Below are positions 10,915 to 23,511 of a DNA stretch of 64,000 nucleotides, one piece after another; within the stretch, counting starts at the first letter, position 1; the number at the start of each line of letters is the position of its first letter. The position numbers and the translations under genes are program-made. The stretch lies in assembly GCF_030684315.1 (NCBI RefSeq), contig NC_081396.1, positions 4,774,001 to 4,838,000 on the forward strand, in the 5' to 3' direction. The notes beneath the pieces are model-generated. The model was not told where the DNA came from. It searched no databases and saw only the letters and a list, made by a program, of their open reading frames with translations. This DNA comes from Stegostoma tigrinum (lineage: Eukaryota).

Positions 10915-13039
10915 TTTTCTGCTCCTGAGATGCTGCTTGGCCTGCTGTGCTCATCCAGTTCCACACTTTGTTACTATGGTTTCAGTTCCCCAGCTTGTGG
11001 ACACACGGAAAAGTAACTCAATAAGCAAATGATTTTCTTGTCAGTTGACTGACATCTGAATTGTCTCTTCTCCAGCTCTACAAACGGACACATTCAAATG
11101 GCTCAATTTACAGAATTTTTTTTTTGTCTGTATGCCCCTCTCACTCCCTGTTCCTATTTTCACAGCACATAGTCTAAACTCAGAGTCAGTGTCTCAGATT
11201 GCTGTTAGGAAACTCTCACTGTTGCACCAGCTGTCACAAAGTCATCATGCTGTCAGGGAAATGACATTTGACGTTGTTCTCAAACAAGATAGCTGCCAGT
11301 TAGCCCCGTGGGCGATACCCGTGACCTGAGACCCACTTATTCTGGTGCATTCGCCTCAAATAAGTGTTTTCAGTCCTACTTTCTTTGACAGCGGAATCTT
11401 GTCATTCAGGCCCACCGAGCTCGCCGGGATATTACTGAAACTTCCCGCTCACCTGATAATGTCATTCCTCCCCAAAATTCGGACGCATGATCTGCAACCC
11501 GCTGCGCATAGTCCAGGTCACTGTGGGGCTTGGATGATGGATGGCAGCACCATGCCAAGACGAAAACCACAGAGGGAAGAGGGCTGAGAGTCAGAGGCTC
11601 TTTTGAACCCAATCGTGTGCATGAAGGGTGAAGCTCAGTCTGTGTATCGTTCATTGATTGCAATTTTGCCTCATTTGGAGACCTAATTTGCCTGACACTC
11701 CACGATAAAATTGGATCTTTCTGTTGGTGGATTTAGAAAGATGAATGCTGGTAGGGATGAAGCTAGCATTTCGACAAATGTTATTAAAATGAGGGAACAC
11801 AGCGGAATAATTTACGAAGAATTGGATTGCTGCCTAAAAGAAATAAGCACACAGATAACAGTGTTACATCATTCCAACAGAAATCAAAAATTCAGAAGCA
11901 AAAATTGGACAAACTGTCGTGTCAGCGAGCTGCAGACACAAGATCGATGAAGTGGGGATTTTCGTTCTGATTTCAAGTGCTGCGGACCAAAGAGCTTTTG
12001 CGCAATTAGTTTTACCTTAATTAGCACTGATATATTTTATCAGTGTAAACTTGTTGAAAACAATTAAAACAATTGATGTTTTGTGCGTTGTCACTGATAG
12101 AATATAAAGGGAGTGTTTTTCCATCTAGTTTAACTTTCCAGCAGAGGAGTGGAGTGGCATAATCTTCAAACGTCAGATCTGAAGAACATGGTTTAATGGT
12201 TTAGACCTGCTCACTTTAACAATGCGGGCATGAATAGATTTTTTTTCAAATTAAAACGAAAATAAACGAACTGGGATTCTACTTATCTGTCAGAAATAAT
12301 CCATTAACAAACTTCCCAGCACAGCGGAGAGACCATTCAGTGCTGTGCTGTATTTGAGACATTGCGAAATGGAACACAGTCAGTGCCAGTCGAGGAAAAA
12401 TAATTGATAAGGTGAATAAGAATTAAATCGTTAATACCAGTGTTTAACTTTGCACGAGTGCTGACTGTGCCAGCTACAGAATGTATACTATGAGAAGTGA
12501 ATATTTTATTGTCGACATCAACTAATGGAACAAGCTGCCGTTGTATGTTGTTTGTCTATTTCAACGCCAAATGGTCGTGATCATTGGTAAAATCAATTAT
12601 TGAACGGTCAGATAGAAACATGGAGGTCAATTATATCCAAATCATCACACCACCTCCCCCGCCACACCCCAACCAACAGTCCAAAATCAAGAGAGACATA
12701 TATCATTTTGAACAAAAATAGAGTACAATGTCAATCTCACATTCAACATGTTATTGGAAAAAGCGATCACAGATGATTAGTGCAATTTAACACACTGTTC
12801 TTCTATTATCTCTGCTATATCTTTTTGTCTGAATTCAATAAAATGATTCTTTTCTTTTCTTTGTTCTCTGGTCGTGTTTCATCGCTTTCGAAATTGCCAT
12901 GCCGTCAGTGAACAGTTAATGCCAAATTGAAATATTTGAAATTTCTCTCTTACAAGCTGCTGTTAATGTCAGTCCGGAAACTGTGTTAAATTTCTATAAT
13001 ATTGAGCCATTCGTTGTTCACTTCAGATCGCAGATTATG

Positions 13040-13270
13040 TGCAACAGTCATTATCCATTCAACATCCTGGCTTAGAAATATATCACCATCCTTCATTGTT
13101 GTAGGGTTTTAATCCTGGAAATCTCTCTTGAATGGCATTGAGGGACGAACTGCAACATTTGTCCACCAGCTGTCAAAGAAGGCAGATAGCACCATCATCC
13201 AAAGGTGCAATGAGAGACAGGCAATAGATGCTGACTCTGCCAGCTGCATCCACCTTCCAAGAATTCATTG
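13040..13270 (+). mobile_element. 3' tail of a non-LTR retroelement (diverged; related copies at ~32250-32400 - and ~36620-36880 +)
   Basis: tcctggaa...caaagaaggcag...caccatc...caaagg...ggcaatagatgctg motif shared among the copies. Confidence 0.55.
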
Positions 13271-13321
13271 AAAAAAATAAATAATCAATGATGACAGAGA
13301 ATGGACAGAAGTTGCGCAGAA

Positions 13322-14705
13322 AAATAGGGAAATGCCTGGCAATTACAGACCAGTAAGTCTCACGTCTGTCGTCTGCAAGGTGTTAGAAAGAATTCTGAGG
13401 GATAGCATTTATGACCATCTGGAAGAGCATGCCTTGATTAAATGCAGTCAACACGGCTTTGTGAGGGGCAGGTTATGCCTCACAAACCTTATCGAGTTCT
13501 TTCAGGATGTGACTAGAAAGGTTGATGAGGGTCGAGCTGTGGATGTGGTGTATATGGACTTCAGTAAGGCATTTGATAAGTTTCCCCATGGTAGGCTCAT
13601 TCAGAAGGTCAGGAGGAATGAGATACAGGGGAACTTAGCTGTCTGGATACAGGACTGGATGACCAACAGAAGGCAGCGAGTGGTAGTAGAAGGAAAATAT
13701 TCTGCCTGGAAGTCAGTGGTGAGTGGGGTTCCACAGGGCTCTGTCCTTGGGCCTCTGCTGTATGTAATTTTTATTAATGACTTGGATGAGGGCATTGAAG
13801 GATGGGTCAGCAAGATTGCAGACGACACAAATGTTGGACATGTCGTTGACAGTATAGAGGGCTGTTGTAGGCTGCAGCGGGACATTGACAGGATGCAGAG
13901 ATGGGCTTAGAGGTGGCAGATGGAGTTCAACCTGGATCAGTGCGAGGTGATGCATTTTGGAAGGTCGAATTTGAAAGCTGAGTACAGGATTAAGGATAGG
14001 ATTCTTGGCAGTGTGGAGGAACAGAGGGATCTTGATGTGCAGATACACAAATCCCTTAAAATGGCCACCCAAGTGGACAGGGTTGTTAAGAACGCATATG
14101 GTGTTTTGGCTTTCATTAACAGGGGGATTGAGTTTAAGAGTCGTGAGATCTTGTTGCAGCTCTATAAAACTTTGGTTAGACCGCACTTGGAATACTGCAT
14201 CCAGTTCTGGTCGCCCTATTATAGGAAAGATGTAGATGCTTTGGAGAGGTTTCAGATAGGTTTACCAGGATGCTGCCTGGACTGGAGGACTTATCTTATG
14301 AAGAGAGATTGACTGAGCTCGGACTTTTTTCATTGGAGAAAAGGAGGAGGAGAGGGGACCGAATTGAGGTATACAAGATAATGACAGGCATAGATAGAGA
14401 TGATAGCCAGAGACTATTTCCCAGGGCAGAAACGGCTACCACGAAGGGTCATAGTTTTAAGCTGGTTGGGGGAAAGTATAGAGGGGATGTCAGAGGCAGG
14501 TTCTTTACACAGAGAGTTGTGAGAGTATGGAATGCGTTGCCAGCTGCAGTTGTGGAAGCAAGGTCATTGGGGTCATTTAAGAGACTACTGGACATGCATA
14601 TGGTCACAGAAATTTGAGGGTGCATACATGAGGATCAATGGTCGGCACAACATCGTGGGCTGAAGGGCCGGTTCTGTGCTGTACTGTTCTATGTTCGATG
14701 TTCTA
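13322..14705 (+). mobile_element. CR1 LINE, 5'-truncated reverse transcriptase and 3' UTR, relatively young
   Basis: PGNYRPVSLTSVVCKVLE, QHGF, YMDFSKAFDK, GVPQGSVLGPLL, ADDT, LYKTLVRPHLEYC; few stops or frameshifts; ttctatgttc tandem tail. Confidence 0.97.
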
Positions 14706-17049
14706 AAACGAAATTTTGGCAGAATCATCAGGACTCTAGGGATATGTCTCATTTGGATCAGTGACGAGTGGGGAGACAGGGAAAGTGTCATTCCCACAGT
14801 GACGGGATGTTTGAATAGTTACCATCATGGAGTTTAAGAGCACTGAATTAACTGTCATATGCATTGGAGCCACAGTTGTGAATACTGGTTTCGGAGCATT
14901 GTGATATGTTTATTTAATATGGAAAACAGAGATAATGTGAGTGAGTAAAGCTGGAAGAAGAACAATCGTCTTGTCGAATCAGAGAGCTGTAAGACGTCGA
15001 TTTGCAAGTAAATAATTTTGTCTGTTTTCCGATTATAGAGGTAGAGAGGGAAAAACATTAAAACGTATGAATAGAGGGACAGATACAAAAAAACAAGACA
15101 GGGACGAAGTGAGAGAGAGAGAGGAACAGTACTTAATTTATTTCCTCAATAGTAGATGAGATGAATTTGTTCAGAAATTTTGAAACCTTCAGGAAGTTAA
15201 AGTTCTGCTGTGGCAGAGACTGATATTAATGCATCAAAAACATTCAGATTAGAAAGACTTAACATTCCAGAATTTAACAGAGCAGAACAGAAAATATGGA
15301 AGAAGTATGTGGTCATTTCGGACTTCGAGACGGATCTTCCATTCCATAATGGTCCAAAATGAAACTTTCCAACAATTTTCATTTGCCTCAGTGATATTGC
15401 AGTCAACTACAGTGACCCGTCGAAATTGGAAAAAAAATACTTTGCAAAGTATAAACGTTTCCACTTTCAATCTACAGAATGTTAGAGCACAAAAGGAGAT
15501 CACTGTGCCTGTTGTACCTTCGCCAGGTCCCGATAAGAATGAATGAGCTACCTCTATCGCCCACTGAAATCATCACTTTCAAAAGTATCCCCATTTCTCT
15601 TTCTTATTGAACCTCCAAAGGAATCTGACTCCCCGAAACACTCACGACAGCATATTCCAAATCTTAACAACTCTCTGAGTTAAAAAAACCCTCGTTCTCA
15701 TGCTGACAATTTTGCAACTATGAGCCATGATTGCTCAACTACTCTCCTCAGAGTTTGAGAGCAATGCATCTGTCAACGTATTTTCTCTATTCAGTAATTC
15801 ATTTGGGCAAAAAAACCGATGAACATGTGTTTCTTTTTTTGTAATGTAGCTGCTTAAAGTTCTATATCATTTGATTCTGAAAACTCGTGGCCATTTCTAT
15901 TCGAATCGCAAAGGAGGAGAAGAGCTTTTTTTTAAGCGGAATCAGAAGCGTTTTTTTCCTTTCACTCACTCTCTTTTCCTCATAATTTTTGCACTTCCTC
16001 ACTTTGTCTATTTCTCTCCGTCTCTTTCTGGGTGTCAAATGTTCTCTTTCAGAAAACTGTATTAATCCTTGCAGGGATTGTACTGCCGATTCATGTCTTA
16101 CAGAATTTTGCTGCCCCTGTCATCCTCAGTATTTATAATTGCTTTCTTTTATCCTGTTTTTTTTTCCGGACATTACTGAATGTTGTATGATTAAAGGTGT
16201 CTTTCAGCATCGGTTGACCTATTACTTTTGATGCAATTGCAGGCTAGAAACTGGCGTTTTCAAATTCCAGTGAAACCAGGACTGAAATGCACTCTTCATG
16301 AATCGATTTACTCCCAAAACGGTTATAATCCAATCAGTGACAATTTGTACATGCAGTCTGCACAACTTGTTTCATTGTGAATATTCGGCTCAAAACAGTC
16401 TTGCTAATCTGTACATTTTACAGATTTAACCGTAAGAAACAATCTGATGCCAGACATATTGAAGATAATCTGCTCCGAACTCTTTATGTTCTCTGCCCTT
16501 CTCCTTCAGAGTTACAGTTGATTGCATGCGATAGCAACTCACTTTTATTTGACAAGACCAGAGGACATCATGTCAGCAACTGTCTTTGGACAGTGCTCAG
16601 GGAATGAGAATGCATTCTTTCTCCAAGCACGAAAAAGCTGTTGCAGTTTGCTGAAATAAACCAGAATAAGCATGCATTTCAATTTAGATTAAGAAAACAA
16701 AGCGTTTTAGATGAGGAAGTCTTTTTTTTAATTGCCTTCCTCTGCACTTCTCCGAAGCGTTGAGCATGCATTTCCTACGCTTGTTCAATAATTTCATTCA
16801 AACAATCAGATTTAGGACGAAATGCTTTAATATATGTTAAGAGTTGGAGCAGAGCGTACAATGTCAGCCGCCTTCATGCCATCATTTAGCAACATAATTG
16901 CTAATATATTTATGTTTCAAGTTCCACAAACTCATTTACTAGTAACAGCTTTTGTTTTGTGTCACTTAGATTTACTAAAGACTTTTGCATGGGTTTCAGA
17001 GTGATCTTGCCATTTGCGTACGTAGTTAGCTTAATTGCAGAAAATGGAA

Positions 17050-18097
17050 TAAATGGGAGATGTTTTATTTCGGACTCGAGGTTTGTGAATGGCAGTGTTC
17101 CACAGCGGTTGGTTTCGGGTCTTCTTCTGGTTGTCATTTATATAAATGATTTGTATGAGAAATATAGGAGGCACAGTTGGTAAGTTTGTGGATGACATCA
17201 AATTTGTTGTTTTTGTGGATTGTGAAGAAGACTTTCGAATATCACAAAGGGAGCTTGGTCAAATGGATCAATGAGCTGAAAATGACAGATAGATTTCAGT
17301 CCATATGTATGTGAGGAATCGTGTTTCGTTAAAGCAAACAAGGACATAGCTTATACAATTAATGGTCGGACAATACAGGGGAGAAATCTCAATATAGGGA
17401 AGAAAGCATGGAAATAGACCCCCCGGCCCAACCAATCCAGTGACGAGGCACGTAATTCGTGAAAGTTTGTGTCACATGCACAGGATAGTTTAAAAAGGCG
17501 TTTGGCACACTTGCCTTCATTATTTAATCCTTTGAACATAGGGTTTGAGATGTTGTACAGGACATTGGTGAGCCCCCTTCTTGAAAAGGGTCTCCAGTTC
17601 TCGTCACCCAGTGATAAGAGGATGTTATGAAGCTGGCGAGGCTTCAGAAAAGATTTATCAGGATGTTGCCGGGTGTAGATTTTTTAAATTATTATTCTTC
17701 ACTGGAGCAGACGAGGTTGAAAGGTGCCATGATAGAAGCTCATAAGATAATGAGAGGCATAGGCAGAGTCTTTGGCAGTTCTCTTTTCCAAAAGAATTGG
17801 AATTTTGAGACGTGGCAGCACATTTTCAAAGTGAGACGGGAGATCTTCAAAAAACCGAAGCTTTTTTCATACATGAGCTTGTTCTCATGTGGAATGAAAT
17901 TCCAGATAAAGTGGTGAATGAGGATACAATTACAACGCTTAAAATACATTTGGATGGGAATGAAAACAAGAAAGTTTCGAAGAGATATGGTCCAGGAGCA
18001 GGAAGGTGGGACTCGTTCAGCTTAAAATTATTTATGACATGGATTGGCTGGGCTGGAGGGTCTATTTCCATGCTTTATGGCTTTACTAATCTATGAG
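17050..18097 (+). mobile_element. Degraded CR1 LINE RT/3' end
   Basis: VPQRLVSGLLLVVIYINDL, VDDIK, LQKRFIRMLPG, WNEIPDKVV fragments. Confidence 0.85.
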
Positions 18098-20309
18098 TCG
18101 CCAGAGCACAAAAACATCTGCCTACCTACTTCTTTAAGCATTTAATGTTCCTTATTCCACTGTCTTCTGAATCAATGTTCCAAACGTGAAAAACTACCTT
18201 GCCTCACTGCTGCAGCAATAGCTGCCAATTTGAAAACCATTATCCATATTTGTGGATTGATGAAGCAGACAAAATGTGTTTTCTGTGCAACCCTTATCAA
18301 GAGCATTCTGAAATGTGCAAACTTTAATCAAGTCACTGCTCATTTGTATCAGCTTCAATCCAACCTATCTTGCTCAGACACTCCACTTTGTTAAGGTCAA
18401 AATCTCTCCTGAAGCATTTATACTTACATCCTATGTTAAAGCTGAAAGCAAAGCTCCGCATAGTTTGTGTGTCATAGCATCATCAATGCCCTCTGGAATT
18501 AAAGCACGTCATTGTTACCTTTATGTTCAACTCACCTGGCAACAAAAATTAGCATCTCATTTGTCTTCTTGACAGCTATCTGTGCCAGAATACTAACTGT
18601 TTATGATTCGTGCACATGAACAATTAAATTCTTCTAAAACTACGCATTTTGCAGTTGTTCTCCGTTTTGTAACTTCCGGGTGTTTTCAAATCTTATATTG
18701 TTGCACATTTTGCTGTTGTCTGCAAACTGAACTACAATGCCTCCGTCCAACTCACCAACGTCATTTATTCACATTTTCAATATTTGAGCATCCAACAAAG
18801 TCAGATGCAGCTCGTCACATCATTCCAACTGGGAATAAAATGCCCCTTGATGATATGCTCTATTTTCCCCCGTCAACCAATCTTGTATTCAACATAGTAT
18901 CTATTCTCAACTGCAAAAGCTTTAATATGATTTACCACGAAATACTTGCCAATAACCTCTGAATGTCGAAGTGCAGTAGCCTTTAGGTTTTCCTTTTCTT
19001 CACTATTCATGTTGTTTCTTCATGAAGTCCAACAAATTGGTTAAACATCATGTCCCCTTGAAGAAGCCACGTTGAATCTTCCCAAGCACTACGGATATTG
19101 TCCAAGTGTTCAGTAAGAACAAAATGGAGAAATGCAGGTGCTGGACATCTGAATCAGATTCAAAGATTAAAGGAGAAACTTAGCATGCCTGGCTGAATTT
19201 GTGGGGAGAAAGCAGAATTAACAATTCAAGTCAAGTGACTCTTCAGAAAACTGAGCTTTGAGAAAGAATAAATAGACTGGAATTTTTAACACCGCTTTCC
19301 ACCAACAAATTCACAAAAACAGTGTCAAACTTATTGTTATTGATGTTGTCAGGACATCAGATTAAGACCTGCTTAATTTTCAGTAAGTGATATCAAATTG
19401 TAGTCAGTTCAAACTGTCAACATTTTTCTTCTGGATGAAATGTAGATTTTAGAGGTGCAGACATATTATTTGAATGCTTTAGCAGCAGCGTTGTTTGTTC
19501 TGTCTGTGTAATGGGTAATTTCCATGGTTAGTTCGGCATTTGTAGTTTAAAAGAGTGTTTAATGGGTCGAGGAATAAATTTGCAAAACATAATCAAGCGT
19601 TTGACAAATATTGGAGCTGGATTGCAGCACACTTGGCAATGTGTATAATTCTGGTCTCCTTTCTTCAGAAAATGCAGGAATGTAAAGCACAACATCAGAA
19701 AGGTTTTGCAGGTGTGACCAGAATTGAGAGATTATAACCCACAGAAAGAAATATGTAGACTTGTGTTCCTTTCTCTACTAATGAGAAGACTAACAGTTAA
19801 CTAGACTGATGTCTTTACAATGGTAATAAGATCTTATGTTGCGGACACAGAGGAGAACGTTGCACTTGAGGAAGATACCAGAACTATAAATTTTTAAAAA
19901 CCAGTGGCACACAACACTCGAATGAAGATTTCAGTGGAAAAATTGTTTCGCCTTAGAACAGGAAAAATATTAATCTTAATGCAACACTGATGATTTGAAT
20001 TGAAGAACAAAGATGTGTTTTAAAGCAAACCATGTAAACAGTGGAGGGAGACAATGATGGAAGTTTTTGCGAGTAAAATTGAGGAAGAAGTAGGAAGGAT
20101 GTTTGTGGTCATTTCAGACACAGGCATGAGCCACTTGATACAAACGAACTTTGTCTGTTCTAACTTCCACCTATTTTGGATAACATCAAGAATTTCTGAA
20201 TTGACTTTACTTTGCTCGAACGTTTAAGTCACTGAATTTGGCTGCGTTCACCTTGTGATCCACAGCTGAGTGATATGGTTTCTGTAGATCTGTAGGATTC
20301 CTTGTTCAT

Positions 20310-20680
20310 ACAGATGGAGCTGTGCCACTGACGATGGTTATTATTTGTTCTGATACCAACAGTACCTCAGCAGACAGCCCGAGTTCGCAGTCTGAATGTT
20401 CAAGTGCTGCGATACTGAAACGAAATGGCTTTCATGAAAATCCGCTTTTCTTATGTCGTCCAGCACTCGGACAAGTTATAACAATTGACAGTCCCACAGC
20501 ACCTGTTGTCTGACTCCACAGTCTATGACTGTTTAATAAGTGTGACCATGATTGGACTGAGTGAAAGCCTTGTACATTAGCCAGCTGAGGTTTCTGGGTC
20601 ATATCTACTGCCTGTTGATGGCGACAATAACCACAGGCCATACGCTGAAGATGCAGCAGATGATCGTGAGGGAAAAGTCC
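20310..20680 (-). pseudogene. Relic of a germline-joined V-J type IgSF domain with adjacent hydrophobic leader-like stretch
   Basis: One frame with one internal stop: AVDMTQKPQLANVQGFHSVQSWSHLLNSHRLWSQ...GRHKKSGFS*KPFRFSIAALEHSDCELGLSAEVLLVSEQIITIVSGTAPSV. Both expected Cys codons are one substitution from Cys (TGG, TCT), and IVSGTAPSV is three substitutions from FGSGTALSV. Confidence 0.45.
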
Positions 20681-21600
20681 CTGAAGACAACTCAGACAAA
20701 GAGCATTTAAAGTTGGACACAATGAATATCAATTCTTATTATTACATTGGAAACGAGGAGTGAAATGGTTGTTGTTTGTTTCGGAATCTTTCCAAACTTT
20801 CCTTTCATTTTGGTTGAGAAATCAGACTCTGCAACCTGGCCATCACGAGCTGTAACCAGGTAGCACAGATTTTTGAGGGTGAAAACATTAATTTCGATGC
20901 GAAATTCCAGAAAGTCTCATGGACAATAGACTGCCAGGTGAAGGAATTTCCAATAACTGCAGTAACCTGATTAAACAACGCTCAAAGTTAAGGGTGCACA
21001 TGGTAAAGACACTGAATTTATTGCATAACAAGGTAAAATAGACAAGTTTTCAGTATATGACGCGATGATAATGTTCAATGATATAAATGGTGATAATCTT
21101 AAAGGATTAGCTTGGGAGTTCCTTCGAAAACCTCGTCAGAAAACCGACTAAATATTAAAATCTATCGGAGGGCTTTTACAAATCTGAATTTTAAGTATTT
21201 GCTTTATTTAAGTGTTACTCATCCCACACCGCTGTCTTGTTTCAGTCAAAATGAACGACTGGAAGACAATGCCCACAGATATTTTGGAAGCCAGTCTTTC
21301 TGAAAAGATTAATTTGTAATTTGGCATAAATTTCCTCATCAGATGTTTGAATGATGTTTGCAATGCACCGACATAAATGGAGCAAATGCAACCTTCTTCA
21401 ATCAGCACCTATTAATCTCTGTTGTTGAATGTTCGATTTTATCTCAATTCAGACCTTAACAAGAAAACGTTCAAGAAGTCCTGGTTTCTGTACAGGTCAC
21501 ACGGCCTGTGCATGTCCCACTGTCCACTCCACTTACTTTCTTTTCCCAATGACAAAATGTTTTCTTTCGTCCAAGATTTCTCTGGGTCCTGCAACAGTAT

Positions 21601-22004
21601 ATCTCAGTCAACAGAAATACACAACGCTGTCAGACCGCTGCAGCTCACTCATAGTGGAACTGTCCAGAAATAGCAAAAATCAAGCAACAATGTCAACATT
21701 CTGACAACATTCCCATATTTCGGGATGTAGAATCTTAAGTCTGGCGACATTCCGGAGTCCTGAAGGTACAATTGCAAGTAATATGTACAGCCTCTTGTCA
21801 AACAAATGAAATAAATCGCTAGTGCATTACCTTAAAACTGTACCACTGCAACTGGCTCCAGTGAAATCGAATCTGCACAATTAATGCCGACAGAAATATC
21901 GAAAGAAAATGTCATTAAAATGACTATGATACCCAATGTAACCACATGATGGCTTACATTGACATATGGAGAAAGAAAACCAAAGTGAAGATTGCAATAG
22001 CCAT
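21601..22004 (-). pseudogene. TCR V alpha/delta-like pseudosegment (leader-like exon 21958-22004, V exon 21601-21887)
   Basis: Leader-like MAIAIFTLVFFLHMS followed by GTAAG and a 70-nt intron with a mutated acceptor; then GINCADSISLEPVAVVQF*GNALAIYFICLTRGCTYYLQLYLQDSGMSPDLRFYIPKYG.../..MSELQRSDSVVYFC*LR; degenerate heptamer TACTGTT. Confidence 0.7.
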
Positions 22005-22684
22005 ACTACCAAGATATATGCAATTTAAATCACCATAACTTGCAAGTCACGAGAGTTACAGGAGTGAGGAAAGAGCAAATCTCAAGAGCCAACATGTTTG
22101 CAGAATGTATGGTTGGTTTCAAAAATAAATCTAATTGAATTTAAATTGTTTCAGCAAAGAGTCAACAATGTGTCTTATCACGTCTCTGTACCCATTGGGT
22201 TAGTTTCGGGCCGAGTCACCATGTTTCAAACCATCAGCTTTTATCTTCCCTCTTCTCCAACCAATGACATCAAAGTGCTGGTCAGTTGAACTCCGCGTGG
22301 GAGCTTGAGGAGATCGCTTGACCCATCAAACCGACTCGAACATGAATAAACTCGTGTTTGACCGAATTCAATTCAGGCAGAATCATTGTATCATTTCAAT
22401 GTTTCAAGATTCATTCATCTGTCAACAGTGGCTTAAAATATAATCAAAGCCACGGCAATAAGCACTTTCTGAACCCAATAAAGCCGAAAGGAGCATTTTT
22501 TGTCTTCAACGGAGATAAGTTGTATACATCAGTTCGTGATTAATGTTGTTGTTGGACCTCCTCCATTAGGTGCAATGCTCACTGATCATGTGCAATTCGC
22601 ACAGCAATGTGCTGAAGTGCCAATGTGAGACCCTATTGTAAACTGTCCTCAACAGACAGCAGCTGGGACACAGAGACCTGAAAT

Positions 22685-22723
22685 AGTTATTGTACGATGG
22701 TTTAACTCATTCCCATCACAGTG
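22685..22723 (-). promoter_or_regulatory. Recombination signal sequence, 23-bp spacer
   Basis: Minus strand directly after YYCVIWS: CACTGTG + atgggaatgagttaaaccatcgt (23 nt) + ACAATAACT (7/9 to ACAAAAACC). Confidence 0.88.
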
Positions 22724-23177
22724 AGACCAGATTACACAGTAATAGTCAGTGGTGACATCAGCATCTCCGAGATGTTCAATTGATACAATCTGTTTATCGG
22801 TTGGAGGGTATCAGAAAAGCATGCCTCAGAGAAATCTGCCCTAACTTCAGCAGAAGGTCCTGAGTGTCTCCAGACTTTAAATTCAGGCTGTCTGCCTGGG
22901 TACGGACGGCGCCAGTTTAAGGAATCAGCATAATCAGAGTCGGTGCAGTTTCAAGTGACATCTTCTCCATCTGTCTTTGTGGTTGTTGAGTAACAGAAGC
23001 TCCATCGCTCAGTCCTGGAACACAACGTTATAGAAAGACAGTGATTAAATATTACATTGAACTGAATTGCAGGTGGGAGTACACGGCACTACGAAAACAA
23101 ACTGGGGATTGAAAGGAGAAAAAAGCCCATTACGTGCACCAGGCCTGTGTCGGGGTGAGTATTACAACTACAAACAT
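22724..23177 (-). pseudogene. TCR V alpha/delta-like pseudosegment (V exon 22724-23014, possible leader 23134-23177)
   Basis: Acceptor gtgttccag|; GLSDGASVTQQPQ/TDGEDVT*NCTDSDYADSLNWRRPYPGRQPEFKVWRHSGPSAEVRADFSEACFSDTLQPINRLYQLNISEMLMS/TDYYCVIWS then a 23-RSS. Both Cys and the Trp are retained; two frameshifts and a stop. Confidence 0.85.
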
Positions 23178-23511
23178 CCTGTCTACATCAGCCTTTAATT
23201 TGATTAACAAATCTCCCATTTCCCTTTCTCCCATGCACGTTTGTCTTGTCTCATTTTAATTTGCTATTTGTTATTCACTCCAAATGGTCACGGCCATGAC
23301 AACCACATTTTACTTGATCTCTTGATGAATGAAATTCTCCAAAAAACCTTCATGGATCATTCGATGGGAAACAATGTGTTCATTTAAATTTATCGACGTG
23401 GATTTTTTCTCAGGGAGGATAGGGTTCTCTTTTCCCAGAACCGAAGATATGTCACCATTGAAATGTCACCAGTCTAGTTCCTCGTTCGGCTTCTCGCCAG
23501 CTCAGAAACTC

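Larger units (their letters stand above)
9690..10975 (+). mobile_element. Penelope-like retroelement, 5'-truncated (RT C-terminal region, GIY-YIG endonuclease, 3' pLTR)
   Basis: IPYSQFLHLRHIFS, RIPLVLT, CYTCPH...SANVLYCTYCTRCGFLYIGEAKKRLGSHFAEHLRS and EQQLIFRLGTLQPNG are PLE hallmarks. Contains frameshifts and a C-rich 3' region. Confidence 0.92.

Noticed and set aside
11166-11440. Possible V relic (acceptor, SESVSQ...GYY*)
   Set aside because: Needs several frameshifts, has no Trp motif and no RSS; too weak to call.
14795-14801. Isolated CACAGTG/CACTGTG heptamers (also 15501, 25194, 36299, 41181)
   Set aside because: No nonamer at 12/22/23 spacing and no adjacent V, D or J coding sequence.
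15330-15430. TRIM linker exon-like stretch (VGKFHFGPL)
   Set aside because: Short, with no RING, B-box or B30.2 exons found nearby.
20790-20870. Plus-strand VEKSDSATW V-like motif
   Set aside because: No Cys and no upstream framework.
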